Shown here: in pieces, positions 41,926 through 50,592 of the stretch
Layout of the letters: every line of letters begins with the position of its first letter
Position numbering within the stretch: position 1 is the stretch's first letter
Source: Thermoanaerobaculia bacterium
Lineage (GTDB): Bacteria; Acidobacteriota; Thermoanaerobaculia; Gp7-AA8
Assembly: GCA_036260495.1 (NCBI GenBank)
Contig: DATAMS010000647.1
Span: forward strand, 1 to 51,429
DNA: 51,429 nucleotides
Direction of reading: 5' to 3'
The notes under the pieces: model-generated
The model's input: only the letters and a program-made list of their open reading frames with translations
The model's database searches: none
Told to the model about the DNA's origin: nothing
Made by a program: the position numbers and the translations under genes

Positions 41926-42894
41926 TTACCGCTGCTCGATGCGAAAGCGGTTTATCCCGGCGCGAATCTCGTCGCCGCTCTGGACCTTCGTATCGCTCGC
42001 CGGCAGCGTGTTCAGGAACGTGCCGTTGCGGCTGCCGAGGTCGTGGACGCGGATAGAGCCGTCGGCATTGGGCTTAACCTCGAAATGCCGCCGCGAAAGG
42101 AATTCGTCGGGAACGCGGACGTGGCCTTCGCGGCCCACCACGAGCCCTGACGGTGGAATCTCGAACTCCTGACCATTCAATGCGCCGTCGATGCAAATGA
42201 GGACGGGACGTGTGGCCGGTGCAGCCGCTGGTGCCGGCGTCTTCTGCGTGATCCTGTGCGCGAGCTCCGCCTCTTCGATCGGTGCTTCGGCATCCGCGCG
42301 GACCGGCTCCACGGGAACACCCGGCTCGCCGGTTGGCTCGATGGTGACGATCGCGGAGCCAACGCGCAGCAGGTGTGTTCCGTCGCCGATCACGGTCTCG
42401 GTGATCCGCTGGCCGTCCAGAAACGTCCCCATGTGCGAATCGGCGTCGCGCGCAATCAGCTCATCGCCCTGGAGCGAGATCGAGCAATGACGGAGCGACA
42501 GGTCCGATTCAGCCAGCTCGATGTGACAACCTTTCCGGCCGATCCAGAGCGGGTAATTGCCGATCGTGAAGACCCTGTTGACCGCCTCCTTCGCGCCGCG
42601 CGCGATGATGCGGATCGACCGTGGCGTTCCCGGCGGTTTTGGCGCCGCGACGGGTGCGGCAGGCGTGTCGCCGGATCGCTGGACTCTGTACGGCTCGAGG
42701 TCGATCTCCTTGATCTCGTCCGGATTCATCAGGCGCGCCAGGACTGCGGCCTTGCTGCCGGAAATCCACTCGCCGCAATGACACGTGGCGATCGAATTGG
42801 GGAGGCGAACGGCGATCACACCCGGGACGTCGTACGCCTGTCCGCACTTCGCGCAGCGGATGAGAGGCATGCGCGGATGATAGCGCAGCGCCAT
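41926..42894 (-). CDS. Zinc-ribbon plus two FHA domains protein
   Basis: 322-aa ORF (alternative ATG at 42870). The N-terminus has CAKCG...CHCG. Two FHA-like modules follow (IGRKGCHIELAESDLSLRHCSI...SHMGTFLDG and VGREGHVRVPDEFLSRRHFEV...SRNGTFLN). Confidence 0.75.
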   Translation of the reverse strand: MALRYHPRMPLIRCAKCGQAYDVPGVIAVRLPNSIATCHCGEWISGSKAAVLARLMNPDEIKEIDLEPYRVQRSGDTPAAPVAAPKPPGTPRSIRIIARGAKEAVNRVFTIGNYPLWIGRKGCHIELAESDLSLRHCSISLQGDELIARDADSHMGTFLDGQRITETVIGDGTHLLRVGSAIVTIEPTGEPGVPVEPVRADAEAPIEEAELAHRITQKTPAPAAAPATRPVLICIDGALNGQEFEIPPSGLVVGREGHVRVPDEFLSRRHFEVKPNADGSIRVHDLGSRNGTFLNTLPASDTKVQSGDEIRAGINRFRIEQR

Positions 42895-42917
42895 ACGCTA
42901 CACTTCCGCTCATTCGC

Positions 42918-44972
42918 ATGCTCTCCGGCGCCTCCACCGAAACCTCCGCCCGCCGCCTCGGCCTCCGGCCAAAATTCATTCTCGCGTTCGCGCTGCAGAC
43001 GCTCATCAGCGCGATCCTCATCGTCGGGCTCGAACAGTGGCGCGTTCGCACGGTCGTTCGCGATCAGTTCGTCGCGCACGCCGACTCGCTCTCGCGCACG
43101 GTCGCCGTCGCAGCAGCGAATGCCGCGAAAACATCGCGCACTGACGAGCTCAGGGCAATCGTCAACGATCTCAAATCGCAGTCCTGGATCGACTACGCCG
43201 ATTTCATCGCTGCCGATGGGAAAGTGCTCGCAGCCGCGGGGACCTTGCCCTCTGGTTTTTCCGTCACGCCAGGCCGCTCGCAACTTCTGAACAAAGACGG
43301 CGACGCGCTTCACGTTTTCGTCGTCCCGATTCCTGGCGACACGTCGCTCTTCCGGCTCGTCGCAAACGAGCATGACGTGCTCTCCATCGCGCAACAACTT
43401 CGCTGGTCAAACCTCGGCGTCGTTCTTCTGGCCCTGCTGATCGCCATCGGTCTCGCCGTGCTTTCCTCCCGCTTCATCATTCGTCCCGTTCTCGACCTTG
43501 CCGATCACGCGCGCGGCCTTGCCGAGGGCGATCTCACGCAGCGCTCCACCGTGCAATCCGGCGATGAGATTGGCGACCTCGCCGATGCGTTCAACGCCAT
43601 GGCCGGTAACCTTGAAAGAACCATCACGAAGCTCGTTCGCTCGCAATCGCAACTCAAATCGGTGGTCGAAAACGTCGGCACGCAATCGCGCAACGTTGCC
43701 GAGCGTGTCAGCGAGCAGCGCTCGATGATCGACAACAACTACCACTCGATCGATCAGCTCAACAACGGCGTCCGCAAGATCACCGACAACGTTGAAGCGC
43801 TCTCCGCGTCGTCGGAAGAGACGTCGTCTTCGATGCTGGAAATGGTCGCTTCGATCGAAGAAGTCAGCCGCCACACCGACACGCTTTTCAACTCGGTCGA
43901 GGAAACCGCATCCGCGACCAGCGAGATGGTCAGCTCGATCAGCGAGGTCGATCAGAACGTCGACTACCTCGCCAACTTCGTGACCGACACGTCCTCGTCG
44001 ATGGTGGAGATGAGCGCGTCGATCGCGCAGGTGGAGGCGAACGCCGCGCGCTCGTACGACCTCGCCCTCGCAGTCGCCGACGCAGCGGAATCGGGGATGA
44101 AGGCGGTGCGCGAAACGATCGACGGAATGGAACAGATCCGCCGCTCCGTCGCCGAATCCAACGCCGTCATCACGCGACTTGGCGACCGGTCCATCGCCAT
44201 CGGCAAGATTCTCAACGTCATCGAAGACATCGCCGAGCAGACGAACCTTCTCGCGCTGAACGCCGCCATCCTCGCCGCATCGGCCGGTGAGCACGGCAAG
44301 GGCTTCTCCGTCGTGGCCGCGGAGATTCGTGATCTTTCCGAGCGCACCGCGTCGTCCACACGCGAGATCGCAAATCTCATCCGCTCCGTGCAGGAAGAAG
44401 TCGGCAACGCGCTCCGCTCGATGTCGTCCGGCACCAAGCTCGTCGAAGATGGCGTGTCGCTGTCGCACGAAGCGGGCAAGGCGCTCAACAACATCCTCGA
44501 CTCGTCGACGAAAGCCTCGGGCATGGGCAAGGAGATCGCCGCGGGAACGCGCGAGCAGACGGCGGGAAGCGAAAACATCACGCGCTCCATCGACCGTCTG
44601 CAGGAGCTCCTCAGTCAGATCAACGGCGCCACGACGCAGCAGGCGCAGGGCTCGGATCACATCATGAACGCCGTCGAGTCGATGCGCGAGGTCACGAAGT
44701 ACGTGCGCCAGGCCATGACCGAACAGCGCTCCGGCTCATCGATGATCTCCGCGTCGGCCGAGAAGATGATCGACATGATCCACGAGATTTTCCAGGTGGC
44801 CACGAACCAGGCCGCCGAGAGCGAAAAGATCGTGGCCACGATGGAGCAGGTGCGCGCGCTCGCGGAAGGCAGCGGAAGCTACGCCGCCGAAATGGGCGAA
44901 TCGCTCACGCTTCTCTCCGACGCCATTCGCGGACTGGATGAAGAGATTCGCCGCTTCCGCGTTCGGGCTTAA
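42918..44972 (+). CDS. Methyl-accepting chemotaxis protein (HAMP + MCP signalling domain)
   Basis: 684-aa ORF with a HAMP domain (DEIGDLADAFNAMAGNL) and the highly conserved MCP hairpin tip (EQTNLLALNAAILAASAGEHGKGFSVVAAEIRDLSERT). Confidence 0.9.
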   Translation: MLSGASTETSARRLGLRPKFILAFALQTLISAILIVGLEQWRVRTVVRDQFVAHADSLSRTVAVAAANAAKTSRTDELRAIVNDLKSQSWIDYADFIAADGKVLAAAGTLPSGFSVTPGRSQLLNKDGDALHVFVVPIPGDTSLFRLVANEHDVLSIAQQLRWSNLGVVLLALLIAIGLAVLSSRFIIRPVLDLADHARGLAEGDLTQRSTVQSGDEIGDLADAFNAMAGNLERTITKLVRSQSQLKSVVENVGTQSRNVAERVSEQRSMIDNNYHSIDQLNNGVRKITDNVEALSASSEETSSSMLEMVASIEEVSRHTDTLFNSVEETASATSEMVSSISEVDQNVDYLANFVTDTSSSMVEMSASIAQVEANAARSYDLALAVADAAESGMKAVRETIDGMEQIRRSVAESNAVITRLGDRSIAIGKILNVIEDIAEQTNLLALNAAILAASAGEHGKGFSVVAAEIRDLSERTASSTREIANLIRSVQEEVGNALRSMSSGTKLVEDGVSLSHEAGKALNNILDSSTKASGMGKEIAAGTREQTAGSENITRSIDRLQELLSQINGATTQQAQGSDHIMNAVESMREVTKYVRQAMTEQRSGSSMISASAEKMIDMIHEIFQVATNQAAESEKIVATMEQVRALAEGSGSYAAEMGESLTLLSDAIRGLDEEIRRFRVRA

Positions 44973-44985
44973 TCGTTCGTCTCGA

Positions 44986-46056
44986 TCAGCGCGCCTCCAC
45001 GGCCTCGCGCAATTTCTCCGCCTGGAAGTGGCCGAGGAGGGGTTCGAGGAGGACATCGAGGTTGCCGTTCATGATGTCGGGAAGGTTGTGGACGGTGAGA
45101 CCGATGCGATGATCGGTGACGCGATCCTGCGGGAAATTGTAGGTGCGGATTTTTTCGGATCGGTCGCCGCTACCGATCATTCCTTTGCGCGTTGCGGACA
45201 ATTCTGACTCGCGTTTCAGACGTTCGATATCGTAGAGACGGGCCTTCAAAACTTTGAGCGCCTTCTGCCGGTTTTTGATCTGCGATTTTTCGTCCTGACA
45301 CGACACCACGACGCCAGTTGGAAGGTGCGTCATGCGCACCGCGGAGTAGGTCGTGTTCACCGATTGCCCGCCGGGACCTGACGAACAGAAGGTGTCGATG
45401 CGCAAGTCTTTTTCGTTGACCACGATATCGATATCCTCAACCTCGGGCAGCACCGCGACGGTGATGGCCGAGGTGTGGATGCGGCCCTGGGTCTCGGTTT
45501 GTGGAACGCGCTGCACGCGGTGAACGCCCGACTCGAATTTCAGGCGCGAATAGACTTTGTTGCCTTCGATCTGCAGCGTGGCGTCTTTGATGCCGTTGAC
45601 CGAAGAGTAGTTCGCGTCCGTCATGTCCACTTTCCAGCGACGCATCTCGGCGTAGCGGATGTACATGCGCATGATCTCGGCGGCAAACAGCGACGCTTCG
45701 TCGCCGCCTGTGCCGGCGCGAATCTCGACGAAGACGTTCTTGTCATCGTTCGGATCCTTCGGCTGCAACAGGACCTGAATCTCTTTTTCCAGCTCCGGCG
45801 CGCGCGGCTCGAGCTCCGCAATCTCCATCTCCGCAAGCTCGCGCATATCGTCATCCGACTTCAGCATCTCGCGCGCGTCCGCGAGACGCTTGCGAACATC
45901 TTTGAGCTGGCGGTATTTGGCGACGACATCGTCGATCTCCGACACGGCTTTCATCGTGTCGCGGAAAGCGGCGACATCGACTGCGACAGCCGGATCGGCC
46001 ATCTTCTGTTGGAGCTCTTCGTAGCGTTTTTCGATGTCGTCGAGTTTCTCGTACAT
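44986..46056 (-). CDS. prfA: Peptide chain release factor 1
   Basis: Internal ATG at 46056 ([15 protein letters not shown]). It carries the PxT-type tripeptide context [14 protein letters not shown] and the GGQ motif [10 protein letters not shown]. It lacks the RF2 SPF motif and the RF2 frameshift site. Confidence 0.92.
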   Translation of the reverse strand: MYEKLDDIEKRYEELQQKMADPAVAVDVAAFRDTMKAVSEIDDVVAKYRQLKDVRKRLADAREMLKSDDDMRELAEMEIAELEPRAPELEKEIQVLLQPKDPNDDKNVFVEIRAGTGGDEASLFAAEIMRMYIRYAEMRRWKVDMTDANYSSVNGIKDATLQIEGNKVYSRLKFESGVHRVQRVPQTETQGRIHTSAITVAVLPEVEDIDIVVNEKDLRIDTFCSSGPGGQSVNTTYSAVRMTHLPTGVVVSCQDEKSQIKNRQKALKVLKARLYDIERLKRESELSATRKGMIGSGDRSEKIRTYNFPQDRVTDHRIGLTVHNLPDIMNGNLDVLLEPLLGHFQAEKLREAVEAR

Positions 46057-46083
46057 GGAACGATCCTTTTTTGCAGGCCCGCG

Positions 46084-46120
46084 AAAAACAAAAATGGGAA
46101 GACGCAATCTGCGCCTTCCC
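46084..46120 (-). terminator. Rho-independent terminator after the DUF1385 gene, directly upstream of prfA
   Basis: The minus-strand RNA would be GGGAAGGCGCA-GAU-UGCGUCUUCCC. This is an 11-bp stem including one G-U pair, followed by AUUUUUGUUUUU. It starts 23 nt after the DUF1385 stop. Confidence 0.7.
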
Positions 46121-46143
46121 ACGATGAATGTGACGAACGTTCG

Positions 46144-47163
46144 CTAAGCAACCGCGGCTTGCGTCTCCTCGACGATGTCGTACATCAGCGCTTCCTTGAG
46201 CGCGGTGATGGCGACCTGAAGCTGCGAGTCGTCGGGCTCTTTGGTAGTGATCTTCTGCAACAGCATGCCGGGCCGCGTCATCATCCGGCAGACTGGATTG
46301 CCGAGGTGGCGGGCGGAGAAACGGATCACCTCGTAGGCGAGGCCGGCGATGAGCGGAATCAGAACGACGCGCGCCAGGAACTTCACGGCAAAGGGCACGG
46401 TGGAAGGAACGAGCGAGAAGACCAGAATCGAAATCGCCATCACGAACATGAGGAAGCTCGTGCCGCAGCGCGGATGGAGCGTCGATTTCGTTCTCGCGTT
46501 TTCGACGGTCAGATCCTCATTCGCTTCGAACGTGTAGACCGTCTTGTGCTCGGCGCCGTGATACTGGAAGACGCGCTTGATCTCATCCATGAACGAGATC
46601 GAGATGATGTAGACGAAGAAGAAGAGCGCGCGCAGCACGCCGTCGATTGCGTTGTACGCAAGATTTCCCATTCCGGGCGCGAAGTAATGGCGGATCAGGT
46701 TCGTGATCCCGAGCGGCGCGAGGATGAAGACGCCGACGCCGAGGACGAGGGCGATCAGCATCGAGCTCGCGACGGCCCAGCTCGACATTTCCTTCTCACC
46801 TTCTTCGCTGGCCGTGGCAACGCTCGCCGAGTAGTTCAGCGCGCGGATGCCGAGGATGAGCGATTGGATGAGAACGACCGAGCCGCGAAGCACCGGAAAC
46901 TTGAGAAACGGATACTTCGTCGTGACGGAGACGAGCTTGTCCTTCTTGATCGCCACGCCGCCATCCGGCTGCCGGACCGCGACCGAGTAGCCGGTGAGCG
47001 AGCGCATCATGACGCCCTCGATCACCGCCTGGCCGCCGATCAGCATGTCGACGTTTTTGTCCGCCGTTGCGGCCGGCATGGCCGCGGTAAGACCGTTCAT
47101 CACGGCGCCAAACGTGCCGCTGATGAGTCTCGCCGAGCCAAGCCACGCCTTCGGGGCTCGCAT
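46144..47163 (-). CDS. DUF1385 (YqhQ-like) membrane protein
   Basis: The internal ATG at 47163 shares one nt with the rpmE stop (TAATG). The hallmark IGGQAVIEGVMMR and the motif QYHGAEHKTV are present. Confidence 0.8.
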   Translation of the reverse strand: MRAPKAWLGSARLISGTFGAVMNGLTAAMPAATADKNVDMLIGGQAVIEGVMMRSLTGYSVAVRQPDGGVAIKKDKLVSVTTKYPFLKFPVLRGSVVLIQSLILGIRALNYSASVATASEEGEKEMSSWAVASSMLIALVLGVGVFILAPLGITNLIRHYFAPGMGNLAYNAIDGVLRALFFFVYIISISFMDEIKRVFQYHGAEHKTVYTFEANEDLTVENARTKSTLHPRCGTSFLMFVMAISILVFSLVPSTVPFAVKFLARVVLIPLIAGLAYEVIRFSARHLGNPVCRMMTRPGMLLQKITTKEPDDSQLQVAITALKEALMYDIVEETQAAVA

Positions 47164-47390
47164 TATTTCGCCGCCGCTTCTTTCGGTCCGGCCTTCTTGG
47201 CGTAGCGCTGCTGGAAGCGGTCGATGCGGCCGGCAGTGTCGAGCAGCTTCTGCTTGCCCGTGAAGTACGGATGGCACTTCGAGCAAATCTCGACGCGCAG
47301 CTCTTTCTTCGTCGAGCCGGTCATCCACTGTTCGCCACAGGCGCAGTGCACCTGGACCTGCTGATACTTCGGGTGAATCTCTGGTTTCAT
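47163..47390 (-). CDS. rpmE: 50S ribosomal protein L31
   Basis: 75-aa ORF: MKPEIHPKY...CACG...[13 protein letters not shown] (zinc-binding type). A GAGGT Shine-Dalgarno lies 8 nt upstream. Confidence 0.95.
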   Translation of the reverse strand: MKPEIHPKYQQVQVHCACGEQWMTGSTKKELRVEICSKCHPYFTGKQKLLDTAGRIDRFQQRYAKKAGPKEAAAK

Positions 47391-47501
47391 TGGATTTACC
47401 TCGCTGAGGACCTTTCTGAGTCGTGCTGAAAACGGCGAGTATATCCAAAAAATTCTGGGCGGCCCGGGGCGCTGGAAACTCGGGCAACGACGCCTATTCC
47501 G

Positions 47502-47849
47502 TCACGTGTACGCGGGCAGTGTCACGCGCACGACGAACGCGTTGCCGCGAACGTCCTGCCGAGCAGACTCCTCGTCGTCCATCGGTCGAAAATTCGTCTC
47601 CTGCAGCGCTCGCTCCAGCGTGCCTCGCTCAATACAGCTCTCGAACCACAGATGAACAGCCTCATCAAGACATCGCTTTGCGTCGTGCGCGCTAAAACCT
47701 TGCGACGCGACGTCGATCGACGGACAGACGGCAATCCAGCGCTCATCCGTATCGCGCCTCACGAACGCCAGCAACTCAACGTCGAGGGAGATCGTTTCGT
47801 TCACGGTCTGAGGATCACGCGACAAAGCGCGGTGATGGTTGCATCTCAA
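47502..47849 (-). CDS. HicB/UPF0150-like antitoxin-fold protein
   Basis: The TTG start at 47849 overlaps the stop of the upstream gene (TTGA); an in-frame GTG at 47804 is an alternative start. The pattern RWIAVCPSIDVASQGFSAHDAKRCLDEAVHLWFESCIERG follows the HicB N-domain consensus (x-A-x-x-P-x-x-x-G-x-x-tqG-x-t-x-eEA-x-x-x-x-x-EA-x). This was matched by eye. Confidence 0.5.
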   Translation of the reverse strand: MRCNHHRALSRDPQTVNETISLDVELLAFVRRDTDERWIAVCPSIDVASQGFSAHDAKRCLDEAVHLWFESCIERGTLERALQETNFRPMDDEESARQDVRGNAFVVRVTLPAYT

Positions 47850-48238
47850 ATCACGATTCGATCAAGGACGTCCTGGCTGATCGTCCTCGAAGCACGGAGG
47901 ATCTCGTTGGTCCGTTCCATGTGATCTGAAATCAGCTCTCCTCGCACCACAAACTGAGGCTGCACGACGATCTTTGACAACGCCGCTGCGTGAACCTCAC
48001 GAAGATCGATCACCGTGTCCCTGTTCAGGAATCCGTAGTCGCTAGGCCCAGTGCGAATGATCTCGTTGTTGACGAAGCTGGGGAACTTCGACGACGTCAT
48101 GATCGAAAACAGAACGACGTCATCGGGCGGAGGCCATTCCAAATTCAGGATCACTGCGAGGTGGTTGCCGAACGGCTGGTGCCAGTGGCAGATGCTTCCG
48201 CGTTTAAGGGCTGCCTTCGCGAGTTGGAGCTTCTGCAC
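47846..48238 (-). CDS. Unassigned 130-aa protein, candidate toxin with a MazF/PemK-like pattern
   Basis: GTG start 9 nt after the Panacea gene stop. The segments KRGSI, HLAVILN, VVLFSIMTSS, GFLNRDTVIDLREVHAAALSKI and RGELISDHMERTNEIL follow the order of MazF/PemK beta-strands and the C-terminal helix. This was matched by eye only. Confidence 0.45.
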   Translation of the reverse strand: MQKLQLAKAALKRGSICHWHQPFGNHLAVILNLEWPPPDDVVLFSIMTSSKFPSFVNNEIIRTGPSDYGFLNRDTVIDLREVHAAALSKIVVQPQFVVRGELISDHMERTNEILRASRTISQDVLDRIVI

Positions 48239-48247
48239 AGCGACGCG

Positions 48248-48838
48248 TCACCGTATCGCTGCTACCAGATCGCGGTGCTCCTGCTCCACCTCAGCCAGCT
48301 CCAGCATTTCGCTGTCCTCGCCTTCGAAGAATGTCTCGTACGGCATCGGCGCGCGGCCATTTGGCGCTCTGCCTTTGTCGGCCAGCCGATACGCCGGCTC
48401 CTCGTGCGACAGCTCGACGAGACGCTTCCAGTGCAGCTTTCCGTATTTCTTTGCCACATCGCCGAGCACTTCCAGATCGGACTTTGAAAAGACTCCGAAA
48501 CTCTCGCTGCCGTTGGCGACGTAGCGAGGCCAGTAGTCAGCAACGACGTCGAGATAACGCAGAAACTCTTCCTGCTCGGGAGTGGACGGCCCGGCCTGAT
48601 GCGCAGCCAATGCCTCATCGAAGAAGTCATCTGCCTGCGACGGAACCGGACCAAGGTTGAGGGCGAAGTACGAGTCCCCGATGATCGGCCGGCCGTACCT
48701 GAGCAGATGCTCTTTGTCCGCGAAGTAAAAGAGCTTCGCAGCTTTGAGTTTCGTCAGATCCGATACGCCGTTCTTCGAAAGAAAAACGAGCGACTGGATA
48801 AACTTGGGAAGGCTGAACCGAAACTGAAGTTTGCTCAT
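48248..48838 (-). CDS. Panacea (DUF4065) domain protein, SocA-type antitoxin
   Basis: 196-aa ORF with an ATG start. The stretch LTKLKAAKLFYFADKEHLLRYGRPIIGDSYFALNLGPVP matches the DUF4065/GepA core. The C-terminal stretch SKSDLEVLGDVAKKYG...LVELSHEEPAY is also typical. Confidence 0.75.
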   Translation of the reverse strand: MSKLQFRFSLPKFIQSLVFLSKNGVSDLTKLKAAKLFYFADKEHLLRYGRPIIGDSYFALNLGPVPSQADDFFDEALAAHQAGPSTPEQEEFLRYLDVVADYWPRYVANGSESFGVFSKSDLEVLGDVAKKYGKLHWKRLVELSHEEPAYRLADKGRAPNGRAPMPYETFFEGEDSEMLELAEVEQEHRDLVAAIR

Positions 48839-48862
48839 CTCACGAATTCTTCTGCGACGAAT

Positions 48863-48889
48863 ATACCCTCGGTAGCAAGGCGAGGGTAT
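48863..48889 (-). promoter_or_regulatory. 9-bp inverted repeat upstream of the Panacea gene (candidate operator, or pit-operon terminator hairpin)
   Basis: ATACCCTCG (48863-48871), a 9-nt gap, then CGAGGGTAT (48881-48889). On the minus strand its downstream arm overlaps a TATATT -10-like hexamer 21 nt before the ATG at 48838. Confidence 0.4.
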
Positions 48890-48913
48890 CGATGCAAATT
48901 TCCGCGCTTGAGC

Positions 48914-49918
48914 CTACTTCGCGCCGAACAGCGTCACGATCCAGTACGTCACGGCGCCCATGATCGCGGCCATCGGAATGGTCAGGATCCAGGCCCACAC
49001 GATTCGGCCGGCCACGCCCCAGCGCACGGCGGAAAGGCGTCGCGTGGCGCCGACGCCGACGATCGCGCCGGTGATCGTGTGCGTCGTCGAGACCGGAATG
49101 CCGAACGAGCTGGCCAGGAAAAGCGTGATCGCGCCTGCGGTCTCAGCGGCGAAACCGCCCACCGGCTGCAGCTTTGTGATCTTGGAGCCCATCGTGTGGA
49201 TGATTCGCCAGCCGCCCGACAGTGTGCCCAGGCCGATCGCCGAGTGGGCGGCGAGAATTACCCAGATCGGGATGTAGAACGTTTTGAGGTACCCGGCGGT
49301 GAAGAGCACGCCGGCGATGATGCCCATCGTTTTTTGCGCGTCGTTCGTGCCGTGGCCGAGGGAGTAGGCGGCGGCGGAAACGAGCTGGAGGCGGCGGAAC
49401 GTCTTGTCGACCGACTTTGGCGACTTGCGCTGGAAGATCCACATGATCGCAACAGTGATCAGAAAACCCAGCAAAAGGCCGATTAGCGGCGCGATAACGA
49501 TGAAGATCAGCGTCTTCGTCCAGCCCGACGGAATGATCGCGCCGAAACCGTAGCGCGCCACTGCCGCTCCCGCGTAGCCGCCGATGAGCGCATGCGACGA
49601 ACTGGTTGGCAAACCGAAATACCACGTGATCAGATCCCAGACGATCGCGCCAACGAGTCCGCCGAAGATCACGCCGAACGTCACGGCGTGGATGTCGATC
49701 ATGCCGTTGCCGATGGTTTTTGCCACCGCCGTTCCGAATCCGAACGCGGCCACGAAGTTGAAGAAGGCCGCCCAGATCACGGCCTGACCCGGCGACAGAA
49801 CGCGCGTTGAGACGACCGTCGCGATCGAGTTCGCCGCATCGTGAAAGCCGTTGATGTAGTCGAACACCAACGCCACGCCGATCAGGCCGGCGACCAGCAG
49901 AAAGAGATGGCTCGGCAT
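48914..49918 (-). CDS. pitA: Inorganic phosphate transporter, PiT family
   Basis: 334-aa ORF with the PiT signature GFHDAANSIAT at the N-terminus and its repeat GHGTNDAQKTMG. Confidence 0.9.
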   Translation of the reverse strand: MPSHLFLLVAGLIGVALVFDYINGFHDAANSIATVVSTRVLSPGQAVIWAAFFNFVAAFGFGTAVAKTIGNGMIDIHAVTFGVIFGGLVGAIVWDLITWYFGLPTSSSHALIGGYAGAAVARYGFGAIIPSGWTKTLIFIVIAPLIGLLLGFLITVAIMWIFQRKSPKSVDKTFRRLQLVSAAAYSLGHGTNDAQKTMGIIAGVLFTAGYLKTFYIPIWVILAAHSAIGLGTLSGGWRIIHTMGSKITKLQPVGGFAAETAGAITLFLASSFGIPVSTTHTITGAIVGVGATRRLSAVRWGVAGRIVWAWILTIPMAAIMGAVTYWIVTLFGAK

Positions 49919-50535
49919 CAGCTATGTTTCACGACCACGTTCTCGAGCAGGTTTGCGACATCCTCGCAGCGGTCGGTGGCTTCTTCGAGAAGGTCGAGGA
50001 TCTCCTTCCACTTCATCACCGCGATCGGATCGCGCTCTTCGTCGAAAAGCTGTCCGACGGCCTTCTGATGGATGCGGTCCGCCTCGTTCTCGAGCCGGTT
50101 GATCTCGACCGCGCACGCCATGACGCCGTCGCGCCGTTCGAGCGCGATCACGGCGCGCCGGACTTCATCAGCCGATGACGAAATGACTTTCGCCAGCTCG
50201 CGCGCGCCCGGCCGGACGCGATCGATTTTGTACAGCGGTATCAGGCTCGCCGCGTTGTCGATGGCGTCCATCACGTCGTCGAGCGTGCGGGCCAGCGAGT
50301 GAATGTCCTCGCGGTCCATCGGCGTGACGAAGGTCTTGTTGAGCCGCTGGATGATCGCGTGCGTCAGAAAATCGCACTTGTGCTCGACTTCCTTGATCTC
50401 GTGCGCCTTGTCGGCGATCGGCGGATCGGGCGCGAACATTTCTTCGAGCAGACGCGCGCCCACCTTGAGCTGATCGGACATTGCGATCATGTCGGCGTAA
50501 AACGTTTCTTCCCGGGGGAGAAGGCGGAATCGCAA
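49918..50535 (-). CDS. DUF47 / PhoU-like Pit accessory protein
   Basis: 205-aa ORF with a TTG start. The layout follows the TIGR00153/DUF47 pattern (EETFY...IKEVEHKCDFLTH...TPMDREDIHSLA..LDDVMD). The stop shares one nt with the pitA start. Confidence 0.8.
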   Translation of the reverse strand: MRFRLLPREETFYADMIAMSDQLKVGARLLEEMFAPDPPIADKAHEIKEVEHKCDFLTHAIIQRLNKTFVTPMDREDIHSLARTLDDVMDAIDNAASLIPLYKIDRVRPGARELAKVISSSADEVRRAVIALERRDGVMACAVEINRLENEADRIHQKAVGQLFDEERDPIAVMKWKEILDLLEEATDRCEDVANLLENVVVKHS

Positions 50536-50592
50536 GGGGGGACCTCCGTCGAAAACGCGCGGATTGTATCGGAAAGGCTGTCGCGGCGGAGG

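Noticed and set aside
44986-46122. An RF2-style programmed frameshift, or an N-terminal extension of the release-factor gene.
   Set aside because: The protein has the RF1-type P-x-T context and lacks SPF. The 22 extra ORF-track residues cover the terminator T-tract. The ATG at 46056 with an upstream AAGGA gives a canonical RF1 N-terminus.
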